This document shows positions 9,016 through 17,933 of a stretch of 64,000 nucleotides of DNA, piece after piece. The DNA comes from an uncultured Chloroflexia bacterium (GTDB lineage: Bacteria > Chloroflexota > Limnocylindria > Limnocylindrales > CSP1-4): the NCBI GenBank assembly GCA_963833225.1, contig CAWHXD010000019.1:864001-928000 (forward strand), written 5' to 3'. Numbering within the stretch: position 1 is the stretch's first letter; each line of letters starts with the position of its first letter. Both the position numbers and the translations under genes were made by a program. The notes below the pieces were generated by a model. The model saw only the letters and a list, made by a program, of their open reading frames with translations, searched no databases and was not told the DNA's origin.

Positions 9016-9848
9016 CGGCATCGCGGTACGCGGCCGACGCGGCGTTCACCCGCGAGCTGGCGGAGCGGGCCGGCCGCCTGCTGCACGAGCACTATGAGCA
9101 CGTCGAGACCATCGACCACAAGTCGGCCCGGGACGTGGTCACCGAGGTTGACCACCTGTCCGAGGCCCTGATCCTCGATGCGATCCGCGGGCGGCACCCG
9201 ACCGACGGGGTCCTGGCCGAGGAGTCCGGCGCCCACCACGGTCGCGGGTCCACGCCGGGCCGGGCGGCGGTGGCCGAGGTCTCGCGCGCCCTGGCGTCCG
9301 GCCGGACCTGGGTGGTTGACCCGCTCGACGGGACGGTGAACTACGCCAACGGGATCCCGTACTTCTGCGTGTCGATTGCGCTGGTCGAGGACGGCCGGCC
9401 GGTGGCCGGCGCGGTCTGCGACCCGATGCGCGGCGAGACCTGGTGGGCGACCGCCGATGGTCCGGCGTGGCTGGGCGACCGCGAGATCCACGCGTCGCGC
9501 AAGGAGGCGCTCACGGACTACGTGATCTCGCTGGCCCTCGGCGGGCGGGGGGTCGCGACGCGCGGGCGGGCCGTGCGCAAGGCCATCCGGGCGGCACGCA
9601 ACACGGGATCGGCGGCGCTGGCCCTCGCGTACGTGGCGAACGGGCGGTTCGATGCCTTCCTCCAGTCCGGTGGCATGTCCGCGTGGGACGTCGCCGCGGC
9701 CGGGCTGATCGCCGAGCGCGCCGGGGCGGTGGTGACCGGCGCGAGCGGCGGCCCCTGGTTCGACGTGGAGGGGGCGACCCGCGGGTTCGGGATCGTGGCG
9801 GCGCCGGCGCCCCACCACGCAACGCTGCTCGGGCTCTCTCGCGGGTAG
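9012..9848 (+). CDS. Inositol monophosphatase family protein
   Basis: DVVTEVD, LAEE, WVVDPLDGTVNY, GSAALALAYVANGRFDA, WDVAAA; GTGA overlap with upstream stop. Confidence 0.92.
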   Translation: MTASRYAADAAFTRELAERAGRLLHEHYEHVETIDHKSARDVVTEVDHLSEALILDAIRGRHPTDGVLAEESGAHHGRGSTPGRAAVAEVSRALASGRTWVVDPLDGTVNYANGIPYFCVSIALVEDGRPVAGAVCDPMRGETWWATADGPAWLGDREIHASRKEALTDYVISLALGGRGVATRGRAVRKAIRAARNTGSAALALAYVANGRFDAFLQSGGMSAWDVAAAGLIAERAGAVVTGASGGPWFDVEGATRGFGIVAAPAPHHATLLGLSRG

Positions 9849-9913
9849 ACTCGCAGCCTCGGGCGGCCCGTCGACCCGCGGTCCTGGTCCGGAGGAGGCT
9901 CACGGAGGATCGC

Positions 9914-10642
9914 ATGAACATCAAGGATGTCGAGGGGATCGGGCCGGTCTACGCCGAGAAGCTGGCAGGCGCCGGGGTGAGCACCACGGATGCATTGCTG
10001 GAGCGGGGCGCGCGGCCAAAGGGTCGGGCGGAGCTGGCGGACGAGACCGGCATCTCGCCCAAGCTGATCCTCGAGTGGGTCAATCACGTCGATCTGATGC
10101 GGGTGCACGGGGTCGGCTCCCAGTACGCGGACCTGCTCTCGCTCGCGGGCGTGGACTCGCCGCTGGAGCTGGCGCGGCGCAACCCCGCCAACCTGGCCGG
10201 GACCTTTGCCGAGATCGATGCCGCCCGACCGGACGATGTGCGTCGAGTCCCGTCCGAGGAGACCGTGACCGGCTGGGTCGATCACGCGAAGTCGTTGTCC
10301 CGGGCCATGTTCCATGAGGACGGGCCGGCGTCGGGGTCGGCGGGTGCGAGCACCGCGCCGGCGCCCGCAACGGAGCCGGCAGCCGGTGCCGCGGCTCCCA
10401 CGCCCGATGAGAAGGCGGAGCCGGCACCGGTGCCGCGACCCGCTGCCAGGCCGGCACCCGCAGCCAAGCCGGCGCCTGCCACGAAGGCCGAGCCGCCCGC
10501 CAAGCCGGCGCCTGCCGCGAAGCCCAAGCCTGCCGCCAAGCCCAAGCGCGCCGCCAAGCCGGCGCGGGGCTCGTCCCGGCGCCCGGCCGCGATGCTCAAG
10601 GGCCTGTGGGCCAGGGTCAAGCGACTGATCCGCCGGGGCTAA
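9914..10642 (+). CDS. DUF4332 / helix-hairpin-helix protein with Pro-Ala-Lys-rich tail
   Basis: IKDVEGIGPVYAEKL, ILEWVNHVDLMRVHGVGSQYADLL..GVDS..ELARRNPANL; GGAGG RBS. Confidence 0.88.
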   Translation: MNIKDVEGIGPVYAEKLAGAGVSTTDALLERGARPKGRAELADETGISPKLILEWVNHVDLMRVHGVGSQYADLLSLAGVDSPLELARRNPANLAGTFAEIDAARPDDVRRVPSEETVTGWVDHAKSLSRAMFHEDGPASGSAGASTAPAPATEPAAGAAAPTPDEKAEPAPVPRPAARPAPAAKPAPATKAEPPAKPAPAAKPKPAAKPKRAAKPARGSSRRPAAMLKGLWARVKRLIRRG

Positions 10643-10676
10643 TGGGCTCGACCGGCCACTTCGGCGGCCGGCCGGA

Positions 10677-11570
10677 TCAATCCCGCCAGCGGTGCGGGCG
10701 CTCGGCGAGTCGCGCCAGCCCCCATGCCTCGCAGAACGCGTGCCATCGTGCGCGGTCCGCGCCCTGCCACCGGAGCTCGTCCACGTCCGCCTGTGGGATC
10801 GACACCCCGTCGGCCGTCGTCCGCAGCCGGGCCAGGTCCCGGTAGAGCAGCGCCTCGTCCATCCGGTCGCGAAGCGTCGCCGCCAGGGCCGGCGCGCCCC
10901 GGAGCCCGGGCACGTCCCAGTCGGATGCCGCCGACGGGACCGCCTCCAGCGAGCCATACCGCGCGAGCACCGCTGACGCGGACTTGTCGCCCCAGCCGGG
11001 CAGGCCCGGGAAGCCGTCGGCCGCATCGCCCACCAGCGCCAGCCGATCGGCGACCGCGGACGGCGGCACGCCCCACTTCGCACGCACCCCGGCGTCGTCG
11101 TAGACCAGGTCGCGACGCCGGTCCCAGAGCACCACCCGCTCGTCGCGCACGCACTGGGCCATGTCCTTGTCCGGGGTGCAGATCAGGATCCGCTCGACGC
11201 GAGCGTCGGCGGCGAACCGCTCGGCGGCAGCGGCGATCGCATCGTCCGCCTCGTACTCGACCATCGGCCACAGCACGATCCCCAGCGCCTCGATGGCGGC
11301 CTCCGCGACCGCGAACTGTGCGAGGAGCTCCGGGTCCATTCCCGCCTCCGTCTTGTAGCCCGCGTACAGGTCGTTGCGGAAGGAGCGGATGACACGATCC
11401 GTGGCGCACCCCACGTGCGTCGCGCCCTGCTCGCGGAGCAGGTAGAGGAGCTGCTCCACGAGGCCGGAGACACCGCTCAGGACCACGCCCTCGCGACCGA
11501 GCACGGGCGGGCGCGGCGAGAAGTGGGCGCGGAACAGCTCGTATGTGGCGTCGACCAGGTGGACCTGCAT
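10677..11570 (-). CDS. Stand-alone 5'-3' exonuclease / flap endonuclease
   Basis: LVDATYELFRAHF, SFRNDLYAGYK, EADD, TPDKD, LVGDAADGFPGLPGWGDKSA (H3TH). Confidence 0.92.
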   Translation of the reverse strand: MQVHLVDATYELFRAHFSPRPPVLGREGVVLSGVSGLVEQLLYLLREQGATHVGCATDRVIRSFRNDLYAGYKTEAGMDPELLAQFAVAEAAIEALGIVLWPMVEYEADDAIAAAAERFAADARVERILICTPDKDMAQCVRDERVVLWDRRRDLVYDDAGVRAKWGVPPSAVADRLALVGDAADGFPGLPGWGDKSASAVLARYGSLEAVPSAASDWDVPGLRGAPALAATLRDRMDEALLYRDLARLRTTADGVSIPQADVDELRWQGADRARWHAFCEAWGLARLAERPHRWRD

Positions 11571-11591
11571 CGGGCGGCGGCGGGGCGGCGG

Positions 11592-12140
11592 TCAGTCCGT
11601 GTCGCCGGTCTCGACCAGCTGCTTGAGCCGGTGGAGGTCGGCCTGGAAGATCTCGCGGAGGATCGGGGCCTGGAGGCGCGCAGCCAGCTCGGGCAGGAAG
11701 GGCGGTACCAGCGTCTCGTCCCAGCGCACGATCGTGGTGGTGCCGTCGGCGCCCGGCTCCAGGGTGATCACCCCGCCGCCCTTGAACAGGCCGTGGTGGC
11801 GGATCGCGTACCGGGTCGGGGGCTCCAGCTCGGTGACCTCGACTGGGTCCGTCATGCTGATGCCGAAGATGCGGACCGTGGCCTCGCCGCGCGTCCCGAC
11901 CCGCGCCGGCCCAGGGGTCAGGAGGCGGATGTCCTTCATCTCGTGCATCCAGGCGAGCTGGAGCGCGATGTCGGCGACGACAGCCCAGGTCCGCTCGATG
12001 GGGGCGTCGATGACCTCCAGCATCCGCAGGGGCCGTGGCGCGGCGGACCCGCGACGGGCGGCGAGGATGCGATCGACGACGAACGCGATCGGCAGCGCGA
12101 TCGCGAGCAGGAGGAGGAGGCGGAGGGGACGGCGGATCAT
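11592..12140 (-). CDS. SRPBCC family protein with N-terminal TM segment
   Basis: IDAPIERTWAVVAD..W, GTR, VTELEPP, ADLHRLKQLVE. Confidence 0.8.
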   Translation of the reverse strand: MIRRPLRLLLLLAIALPIAFVVDRILAARRGSAAPRPLRMLEVIDAPIERTWAVVADIALQLAWMHEMKDIRLLTPGPARVGTRGEATVRIFGISMTDPVEVTELEPPTRYAIRHHGLFKGGGVITLEPGADGTTTIVRWDETLVPPFLPELAARLQAPILREIFQADLHRLKQLVETGDTD

Positions 12141-12148
12141 CGGTGCGG

Positions 12149-12790
12149 TCAGGGTATCTCGCTTGCGTCGATTGCCACGTTCCCGTCGATCGCCCCGCTC
12201 TCGTCGATCACCACGCCGGCGGCGGCCATCTCCTCGAGCGCCCGGCGCCCGTCACCTTCCTGCACGTTGACGGCCGCGATGGCGTCCGTGAGCACGGTCG
12301 TGCGGAAGCCCAGCCGGGCGGAATCGAGCGCGGTTGCCTTGACGCAGTAGTCCGTCGCCAGCCCGACCACGACGACCTCCTGGACCCCGGCCGTCTCGAG
12401 CAGGGGCTGGAGAATCGTAGGGACGTCCGCGCCGGTCACGGCGTCGCGCATGGTGAACGCGGAGTAGCCGTCTTCGCCGTTGCTGCCCTTGCGCACGATG
12501 CACGTGCCCGGCGGTGCGTCCAGCGCCGGGTGCAGCTCGGCGCCCCAGGAGTCGGCTACGCAGTGGACCGGCCACGGACCGCCGTCGCGCGCGAAATGCG
12601 GCGTGTGGCTCGGGTGCCAGTCCTGGGTGAGCACGAGGAATCCACCGCTCGCCAGCGCCAGGGCCGCCTCCCGGTTGATGACCGGGATGACGTCCGGTGC
12701 GCCCCGTACCGACAACGAGCCCCGCGGGTCAGCGAAGTCGTTCTGGACGTCGACGATGACGAGGGCGACCCCCGTCTGGTAGCGCACCAT
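12149..12790 (-). CDS. pncA: Nicotinamidase/pyrazinamidase (isochorismatase family)
   Basis: VDVQNDF, QDWHP, WPVHC, RKG, YSAF, GLATDYCV. Confidence 0.88.
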   Translation of the reverse strand: MVRYQTGVALVIVDVQNDFADPRGSLSVRGAPDVIPVINREAALALASGGFLVLTQDWHPSHTPHFARDGGPWPVHCVADSWGAELHPALDAPPGTCIVRKGSNGEDGYSAFTMRDAVTGADVPTILQPLLETAGVQEVVVVGLATDYCVKATALDSARLGFRTTVLTDAIAAVNVQEGDGRRALEEMAAAGVVIDESGAIDGNVAIDASEIP

Positions 12791-12838
12791 GCGTTGAGGC
12801 TAGCGCGGTTCTGGCCTCACGTCGCGGGCCGGGTGTCA

Positions 12839-12915
12839 CGGTCGGGCGAGGTCCTCACCCGGTGCGGTCGAGCGAGGTCCTCACCCGGTGCGGTCGAGCG
12901 AGGTCCTCACGCGGT
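12839..12915. repeat. 26-bp tandem repeat x3 (CGGTCGAGCGAGGTCCTCACCCGGTG)
   Basis: Copies start at 12839, 12865 and 12891; no spacers. Confidence 0.9.
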
Positions 12916-13568
12916 CAGATGACCAGGAGGCCGCTTGCTTCGGGAAGGCGCCCCGCGCCGAGCGATCTCAGCAGGTCCCGGCCGTCGAGCGGCAGGAGCG
13001 AGCGCAGGTCCTCTCGATGAAGGGCGAGAACCCGCCGATTGGCCGCTGTGTCCGACACGATGAGGATGAGGAGGTCCACCGCTCCGTCGCGCAGCTTGAG
13101 GGCCAGCCGCCGCTCCAGGGCCTGGACATCCGCAAGCCTCGTTTCCGCCTCGCACCCGGCCCGCCGGTCCCGCAGGACGACGCATGCGTCCCACGCCCGG
13201 CGATCGCCCGGGATCGGCAGTGGCACCTCCGTCGTCCAGATCGCCCCTGGCGGAAGCCTGGCCCGGAACCGCTCGAGGAGCGCAAGCTGCGCACGGTCAC
13301 GGACCGGGTCGCCGTCCGGATAGAGTCTCGCTCCCAGACGAAGCCCGACCGCCGTACCGGCCCGGGCGGCCTGCCCGAACGTAAGATCCCGGTTGGAGCC
13401 TCGCTCGATCCGCCCGAGCTGTGCGTGCGACATGCCGGCCGCCGCGCCGGCTGCATGCTGGCTCAGGCCCGCGGCCAGTCGTGCCGCGCGCAGGTCCTCG
13501 CCAACCTGGCGCTGGATGCGAGCGGCCAGGTGTCGTCCCTCGTCAGCGGGATTGCGTCGGGTGGGCAT
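12915..13568 (-). CDS. XRE-type HTH protein with C-terminal PD-(D/E)XK-like domain
   Basis: LRAARLAAGLSQHAAGAAAGMSHAQLGRIERG (HTH); C-terminal EVPL..RAWD..CEAET pattern; CAGGAT -10 6 nt before ATG 13568. Confidence 0.8.
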   Translation of the reverse strand: MPTRRNPADEGRHLAARIQRQVGEDLRAARLAAGLSQHAAGAAAGMSHAQLGRIERGSNRDLTFGQAARAGTAVGLRLGARLYPDGDPVRDRAQLALLERFRARLPPGAIWTTEVPLPIPGDRRAWDACVVLRDRRAGCEAETRLADVQALERRLALKLRDGAVDLLILIVSDTAANRRVLALHREDLRSLLPLDGRDLLRSLGAGRLPEASGLLVI

Positions 13569-13731
13569 GGCGCAATCCTGGCGGGCCCCACTCATCTGGC
13601 GCTTACGCCAGCCCCGATCCAGCCCCGGCCCAGCCCGGCCCGCTGTTGGCTGCCGCGGTACGCCCCGCCGTGGCAGGCTCGCCCGACGTGATCGGCTCGC
13701 CCAGCGCTGCTATCGCGCTCGTCCGCCGCTG

Positions 13732-13826
13732 TCCCGCCGTGGTCCACTCGCCCCGCCGTCGTCCGCTCGCCCCGCCGTGGTCCACTCGCCCCGCCGTGGT
13801 CCGCTCGCCCCGCCGTGGTCCGCTCG
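13732..13826. repeat. 19-bp tandem repeat x5 (CCCCGCCGTGGTCC[A/G]CTCG)
   Basis: Copies at 13732, 13751, 13770, 13789, 13808; bracketed by similar GCTCGCCCAGCG..GCTATCGCG segments. Confidence 0.9.
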
Positions 13827-14189
13827 CCCAGCGTTCGCTATCGCGGTTCACCCGGCAGTGTGAACGCCCGGCGAGCCGTCCCACGGCTGACGGGCCCGCC
13901 AGTGTCGCCGCCGCTCGCCCAGAGAGCAGCGCGGCGGATATCGCGTCCGGCGCGCAAGGACAACCGCGACAGGGAACGCTGGGCGTTCAGTGGGAGGTGG
14001 CCGTTCGGCGGGAAGCGGCAAAGCGTGAACCCACCGCCGAGCCCCGCCCCGCCCCGCGCGAGCCACCCGCCCCGCCCCGCCCCGCGGGAGCCGCCACCCG
14101 CGCGACCCGAGCCCCCGCGCGAGCCACGCATCGGGGCTACGCTTGAAGCCCCCGAAGGCGAGACCGTCGCCAGCGTCCACGGAGCCCCG

Positions 14190-16868
14190 ATGTACATCGA
14201 CGATTTCAAGCAGCAGCTGCCCGACATCGACGAGGCCGAGACCCGCGAGTGGATCGACTCGCTCGACCAGGTCCTGGACCAGGCGGGCGAGAACCGCGCC
14301 CGGTTCCTGATGTTCAAGCTGCTCAAGCGGGCTCGCCAGCGCCAGATCGGCGTCCCGGCCCTCACCCAGACGCGCTACATCAACACGATCAGCCCCGAGC
14401 AGGAGCCCTACTTCCCCGGCAATGAGGAGCTGGAGCGGCGGATCCGCCGGCTGATCCGCTGGAACGCGGTGGCGATGGTCCTGCGGGCGAACGTGCGCTT
14501 CCCGGGTATCGGTGGCCACATGTCCACCTATGCGTCGGCCGCGAGCCTGTATGAGGTGGGCTTCAACCACTTCTTCCGCGGCAAGGAGCACCCGGGTGGC
14601 GGCGACCAGGTCTTCTTCCAGGGCCACGCGGCGCCCGGCATCTACGCCCGCGCGTTCCTCGAGGGTCGCCTCTCCGGGGAGGACCTGGACCACTACCGCC
14701 GCGAGACCGGCGGCCGCGGCCTCAGCTCGTACCCCCACCCGAGGCTGATGCCGGACTTCTGGGAGTTCCCCACGGTCTCGATGGGCCTCGGCCCGCTCGC
14801 GGCCGTGTACCAGGCGCGCTTCAACCGCTACCTCCACAACCGTGGCCTCAAGGACACCAGCCAGCAGCGCGTGTGGGCCTACCTGGGCGACGGCGAGATG
14901 GACGAGCCCGAGGCGATCAGCGGGATCGCGCTTGCCGCCCGGGAGGGCCTGGACAACCTGACGTTCGTGGTCAACTGCAACCTCCAGCGTCTCGACGGAC
15001 CCGTCCGCGGCAACGGCAAGGTCATCCAGGAGCTCGAGGGCCTGTTCCGCGGTGCCGGCTGGAACGTGATCAAGGTGATCTGGGGCCGGGAGTGGGACGA
15101 GCTCCTCGCGCGCGACTCGGACGGCGTCCTGGTCGAGAAGATGAACACGACCGTGGACGGCGAGTTCCAGAAGTACTCGACCTCCACCGGCCTCTACGTC
15201 CGGGAGCACTTCTTCGGGCCCGACCCGAGGCTTCGCAAGCTCGTTGAGCACCTCACCGACGGGGACATCGAGCGCCTCCGCCGCGGCGGCCACGACTACC
15301 ACAAGGTGTTCGCCGCCTACAAGGCCGCGACCGAGCACCGGGGCGCACCGACCGTGATCCTCGCCAAGACCGTCAAGGGCTGGACGCTGGGCAAGGGTGT
15401 CGAGGCCCGGAACTTCACGCACCAGGCGAAGAAGCTCCGCGAGGACGAGCTGCGCGTGTTCCGCGATCGCCTCGAGCTGCCCATCCCCGATGACAAGCTC
15501 GCCGAGGCGCCGTACTTCCACCCGGGCTCCGGCTCGCCGGAGGTGGAGTACATGATCGAGCGCCGGGCCTCGCTCGGCGGTTCGGTCCCGCGACGCGTCG
15601 TCCGGTCGGCGCCGCTGCCCAGCCCCGCGTCCGCCGTGGACGCCGAGTTCGCCGCCGGCGGCGCGACCGAGGTCTCCACGACCATGGTCTTCGCGCGCCT
15701 GCTTCGCAACCTCCTGCGCGATCCGGGTATCGGCAAGCGGATCGTCCCCATCATCCCGGACGAGGCGCGCACCTTCGGCCTCGACCCGCTGTTCAAGGAG
15801 GTCGGCATCTACGCGGCCCATGGGCAGCACTACACCCCCGTGGACTCGGAGCTGCTCCTCTCATACCGCGAGTCGATCGACGGCCAGGTGCTGGAGGAGG
15901 GGATCAACGAGGCCGGATCGATGGCCTCGTTCCAGGCGGCCGGCACGGCCTATGCCACGCACGGCGAGCCGATGATCCCGTTCTACATGTTCTACTCGAT
16001 GTTCGGCTTCCAGCGGACCGGCGACCAGGCGTGGGCGTTTGGCGACCAGCGCGGCCGCGGGTTCATGATCGGCGCGACGGCTGGCCGCACCACGCTCGCG
16101 GGCGAGGGGCTCCAGCACGACGACGGTCACACGCACGTGCTCGCCTCGACGGTGCCGGTGATCCGCGCCTACGACCCGGCGTTCGCGTTCGAGCTGGCCG
16201 CGGTGGTCCGCGAAGGGATCGAGCGGATGTACACCGACGGCGAGGACGTCTTCTACTACGTCACCGTGTACAACGAGAACTACGCCCAGCCCGCAATGCC
16301 CGCGGGCGCCCAGGAGGGCATCGTCCGGGGGTTGTACCGGTTCGCCGCTGCCCCCAAGGTTCTGAAGGCCAAGGGTCGGGTCCGACTGGTGGGCTCGGGC
16401 TCGATCATGCAGCAGGTCATCGCCGCCCAGGGCCTCCTGGCCGAGAAGCTCGGGATCGCGGCCGAGATCTACTCCGCGACCTCCTTCCAGCAGCTCCGTC
16501 ACGACGCGCTGCAGGTCGAGCGCTGGAACCGGCTCCACCCGGAGGCGTCGCCGCGCGTTCCCTACGTGGCCCAGGTCCTGGGCTCCGAGGGTGGCCCCGT
16601 CGTGGTGGCCACCGACTGGATGAAGACCCTGCCGGACCTCATCGCGCCGTGGGCGCCGCAGCCCTACATCACGCTCGGAACCGACGGCTACGGGCGGAGC
16701 GACACCCGGGAGGCCCTGCGCGCCCACTTCGAGATCGACCCGCCGCACATCGCGGCGGCAGCCCTCGCCGGTCTGGTCCGGTCCGGCGCCTACGACGCGA
16801 AGGCCGCGGCCGCCGCGATCCGGGAGCTGGGAGTGGACCCGGAGTCGGCCGACCCGCTCACCGCCTGA
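14190..16868 (+). CDS. aceE: Pyruvate dehydrogenase E1, homodimeric type
   Basis: ETREWIDS, IRWNA, GGHMSTYAS, FQGHAAPG, SSYPHP, FPTVSMGLG, GDGEMDE, NCNLQRLDGPV, PDEARTFG, GEGLQH, LGTDGYGRSDTR; start MYIDD. Confidence 0.96.
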   Translation: MYIDDFKQQLPDIDEAETREWIDSLDQVLDQAGENRARFLMFKLLKRARQRQIGVPALTQTRYINTISPEQEPYFPGNEELERRIRRLIRWNAVAMVLRANVRFPGIGGHMSTYASAASLYEVGFNHFFRGKEHPGGGDQVFFQGHAAPGIYARAFLEGRLSGEDLDHYRRETGGRGLSSYPHPRLMPDFWEFPTVSMGLGPLAAVYQARFNRYLHNRGLKDTSQQRVWAYLGDGEMDEPEAISGIALAAREGLDNLTFVVNCNLQRLDGPVRGNGKVIQELEGLFRGAGWNVIKVIWGREWDELLARDSDGVLVEKMNTTVDGEFQKYSTSTGLYVREHFFGPDPRLRKLVEHLTDGDIERLRRGGHDYHKVFAAYKAATEHRGAPTVILAKTVKGWTLGKGVEARNFTHQAKKLREDELRVFRDRLELPIPDDKLAEAPYFHPGSGSPEVEYMIERRASLGGSVPRRVVRSAPLPSPASAVDAEFAAGGATEVSTTMVFARLLRNLLRDPGIGKRIVPIIPDEARTFGLDPLFKEVGIYAAHGQHYTPVDSELLLSYRESIDGQVLEEGINEAGSMASFQAAGTAYATHGEPMIPFYMFYSMFGFQRTGDQAWAFGDQRGRGFMIGATAGRTTLAGEGLQHDDGHTHVLASTVPVIRAYDPAFAFELAAVVREGIERMYTDGEDVFYYVTVYNENYAQPAMPAGAQEGIVRGLYRFAAAPKVLKAKGRVRLVGSGSIMQQVIAAQGLLAEKLGIAAEIYSATSFQQLRHDALQVERWNRLHPEASPRVPYVAQVLGSEGGPVVVATDWMKTLPDLIAPWAPQPYITLGTDGYGRSDTREALRAHFEIDPPHIAAAALAGLVRSGAYDAKAAAAAIRELGVDPESADPLTA

Positions 16869-16887
16869 TCCGGCCTGCGGGACTTGA

Positions 16888-16924
16888 TCAGGCAACCCTG
16901 CGACCCGATATCAAGCAGGCTTGA
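16888..16924. promoter_or_regulatory. Two 14-bp palindromic operator candidates upstream of the iron permease
   Basis: TCAGGCAACCCTGC (16888) and TCAAGCAGGCTTGA (16911), resembling DtxR/IdeR-type cores. Confidence 0.45.
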
Positions 16925-17024
16925 CGATGGTCGCGGCGGTCCGTAGGATGGCGGAGCAATCGCGCTTCCCGTCCCCCGCAGGGCGTCCCGCCCCGCTCCA
17001 CCTGCGTATCGGAGCTCCATCACC

Positions 17025-17921
17025 GTGGATGTTGGATCCTTCACCAGTGGCCTCCTGACCGGCCTTCGAGAAGGGGTCGAGGCGGCCCTCATCGTGAGCA
17101 TCATCCTGGCCTATCTCGCCAGGACCGGGAACCGGCACCAATTCGGCCGGATCTGGATCGGGACCATTGGAGCGGTCGCGGTCTCGCTGGCCGCCGGAGC
17201 TGCCCTGTTTGCCACGATCGGCAGCCTCGAGACGCCGTACGAGCAGATCTTCGAGGGCCTCACGATGATCGCGGCCGCGATCGTCGTGACCTGGATGCTG
17301 TTCTGGATGCGGCGCCAGGCGGCCTCGGTCAAGAACGAGCTGCACGCGGCGGTAGACCGGGTCTTGACCGGGGGCACCGTGGTGGGCCTCGCCGTGCTTG
17401 CGTTCACGGCCGTCATCCGCGAGGGGCTCGAGACCGCGCTGTTCCTGGTCGGCCAGGCGACCTCCGCCGATGCCGGCGCCGGGGCCGTGCTCCTTGGCGC
17501 GCTCGTCGGGCTGGGCATCGCGGTGCTGCTGGGCGCCGGCTTCTACCGCGGGGCGCGGCTGCTCAACCTCCGAACGTTCTTCCGCTGGTCGGGCATCGCC
17601 CTCATCTTCATCGCCGCCGGCCTCGTGTCCAAGGCCACCCACGAGTTCGTCGAGATCGGCTGGGTCACGATTGGCACGGGAACCATGTTCGATATCAGCG
17701 CCGCGCTTCCCCACGAGGCGATGACCGGGGCGCCGGATGGCGTCCTCCTGCTGGCCGGCCAGTTCCTTCGGGCGCTGTTCGGGTACACGTCCCAGCCTGA
17801 GACGGCAACCTTCATCGTCTGGTTTGGCTACGTGGCGCTGGCCCTGACCGCCTTCCTCCGGCCGGTCTCGCGGCCGGCCGCGGTGACCCAGCCCAGCCCC
17901 GGGACCAGCGCCGCGTCCTGA
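17025..17921 (+). CDS. FTR1/EfeU family iron permease
   Basis: Two RExxE motifs (LREGVEA, IREGLET), WMLFWM, multiple TM helices. Confidence 0.92.
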   Translation: MDVGSFTSGLLTGLREGVEAALIVSIILAYLARTGNRHQFGRIWIGTIGAVAVSLAAGAALFATIGSLETPYEQIFEGLTMIAAAIVVTWMLFWMRRQAASVKNELHAAVDRVLTGGTVVGLAVLAFTAVIREGLETALFLVGQATSADAGAGAVLLGALVGLGIAVLLGAGFYRGARLLNLRTFFRWSGIALIFIAAGLVSKATHEFVEIGWVTIGTGTMFDISAALPHEAMTGAPDGVLLLAGQFLRALFGYTSQPETATFIVWFGYVALALTAFLRPVSRPAAVTQPSPGTSAAS

Positions 17922-17933
17922 GCGGAGGGCGGC

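Noticed and set aside
12839-13826. Tandem arrays as CRISPR
   Set aside because: Units are head-to-tail without unique spacers and there are no cas genes in the window
14040-14130. GCCCC-rich degenerate repeats upstream of aceE as G-quadruplex or regulatory RNA
   Set aside because: Low-complexity sequence in a very GC-rich genome; no further support from the sequence alone
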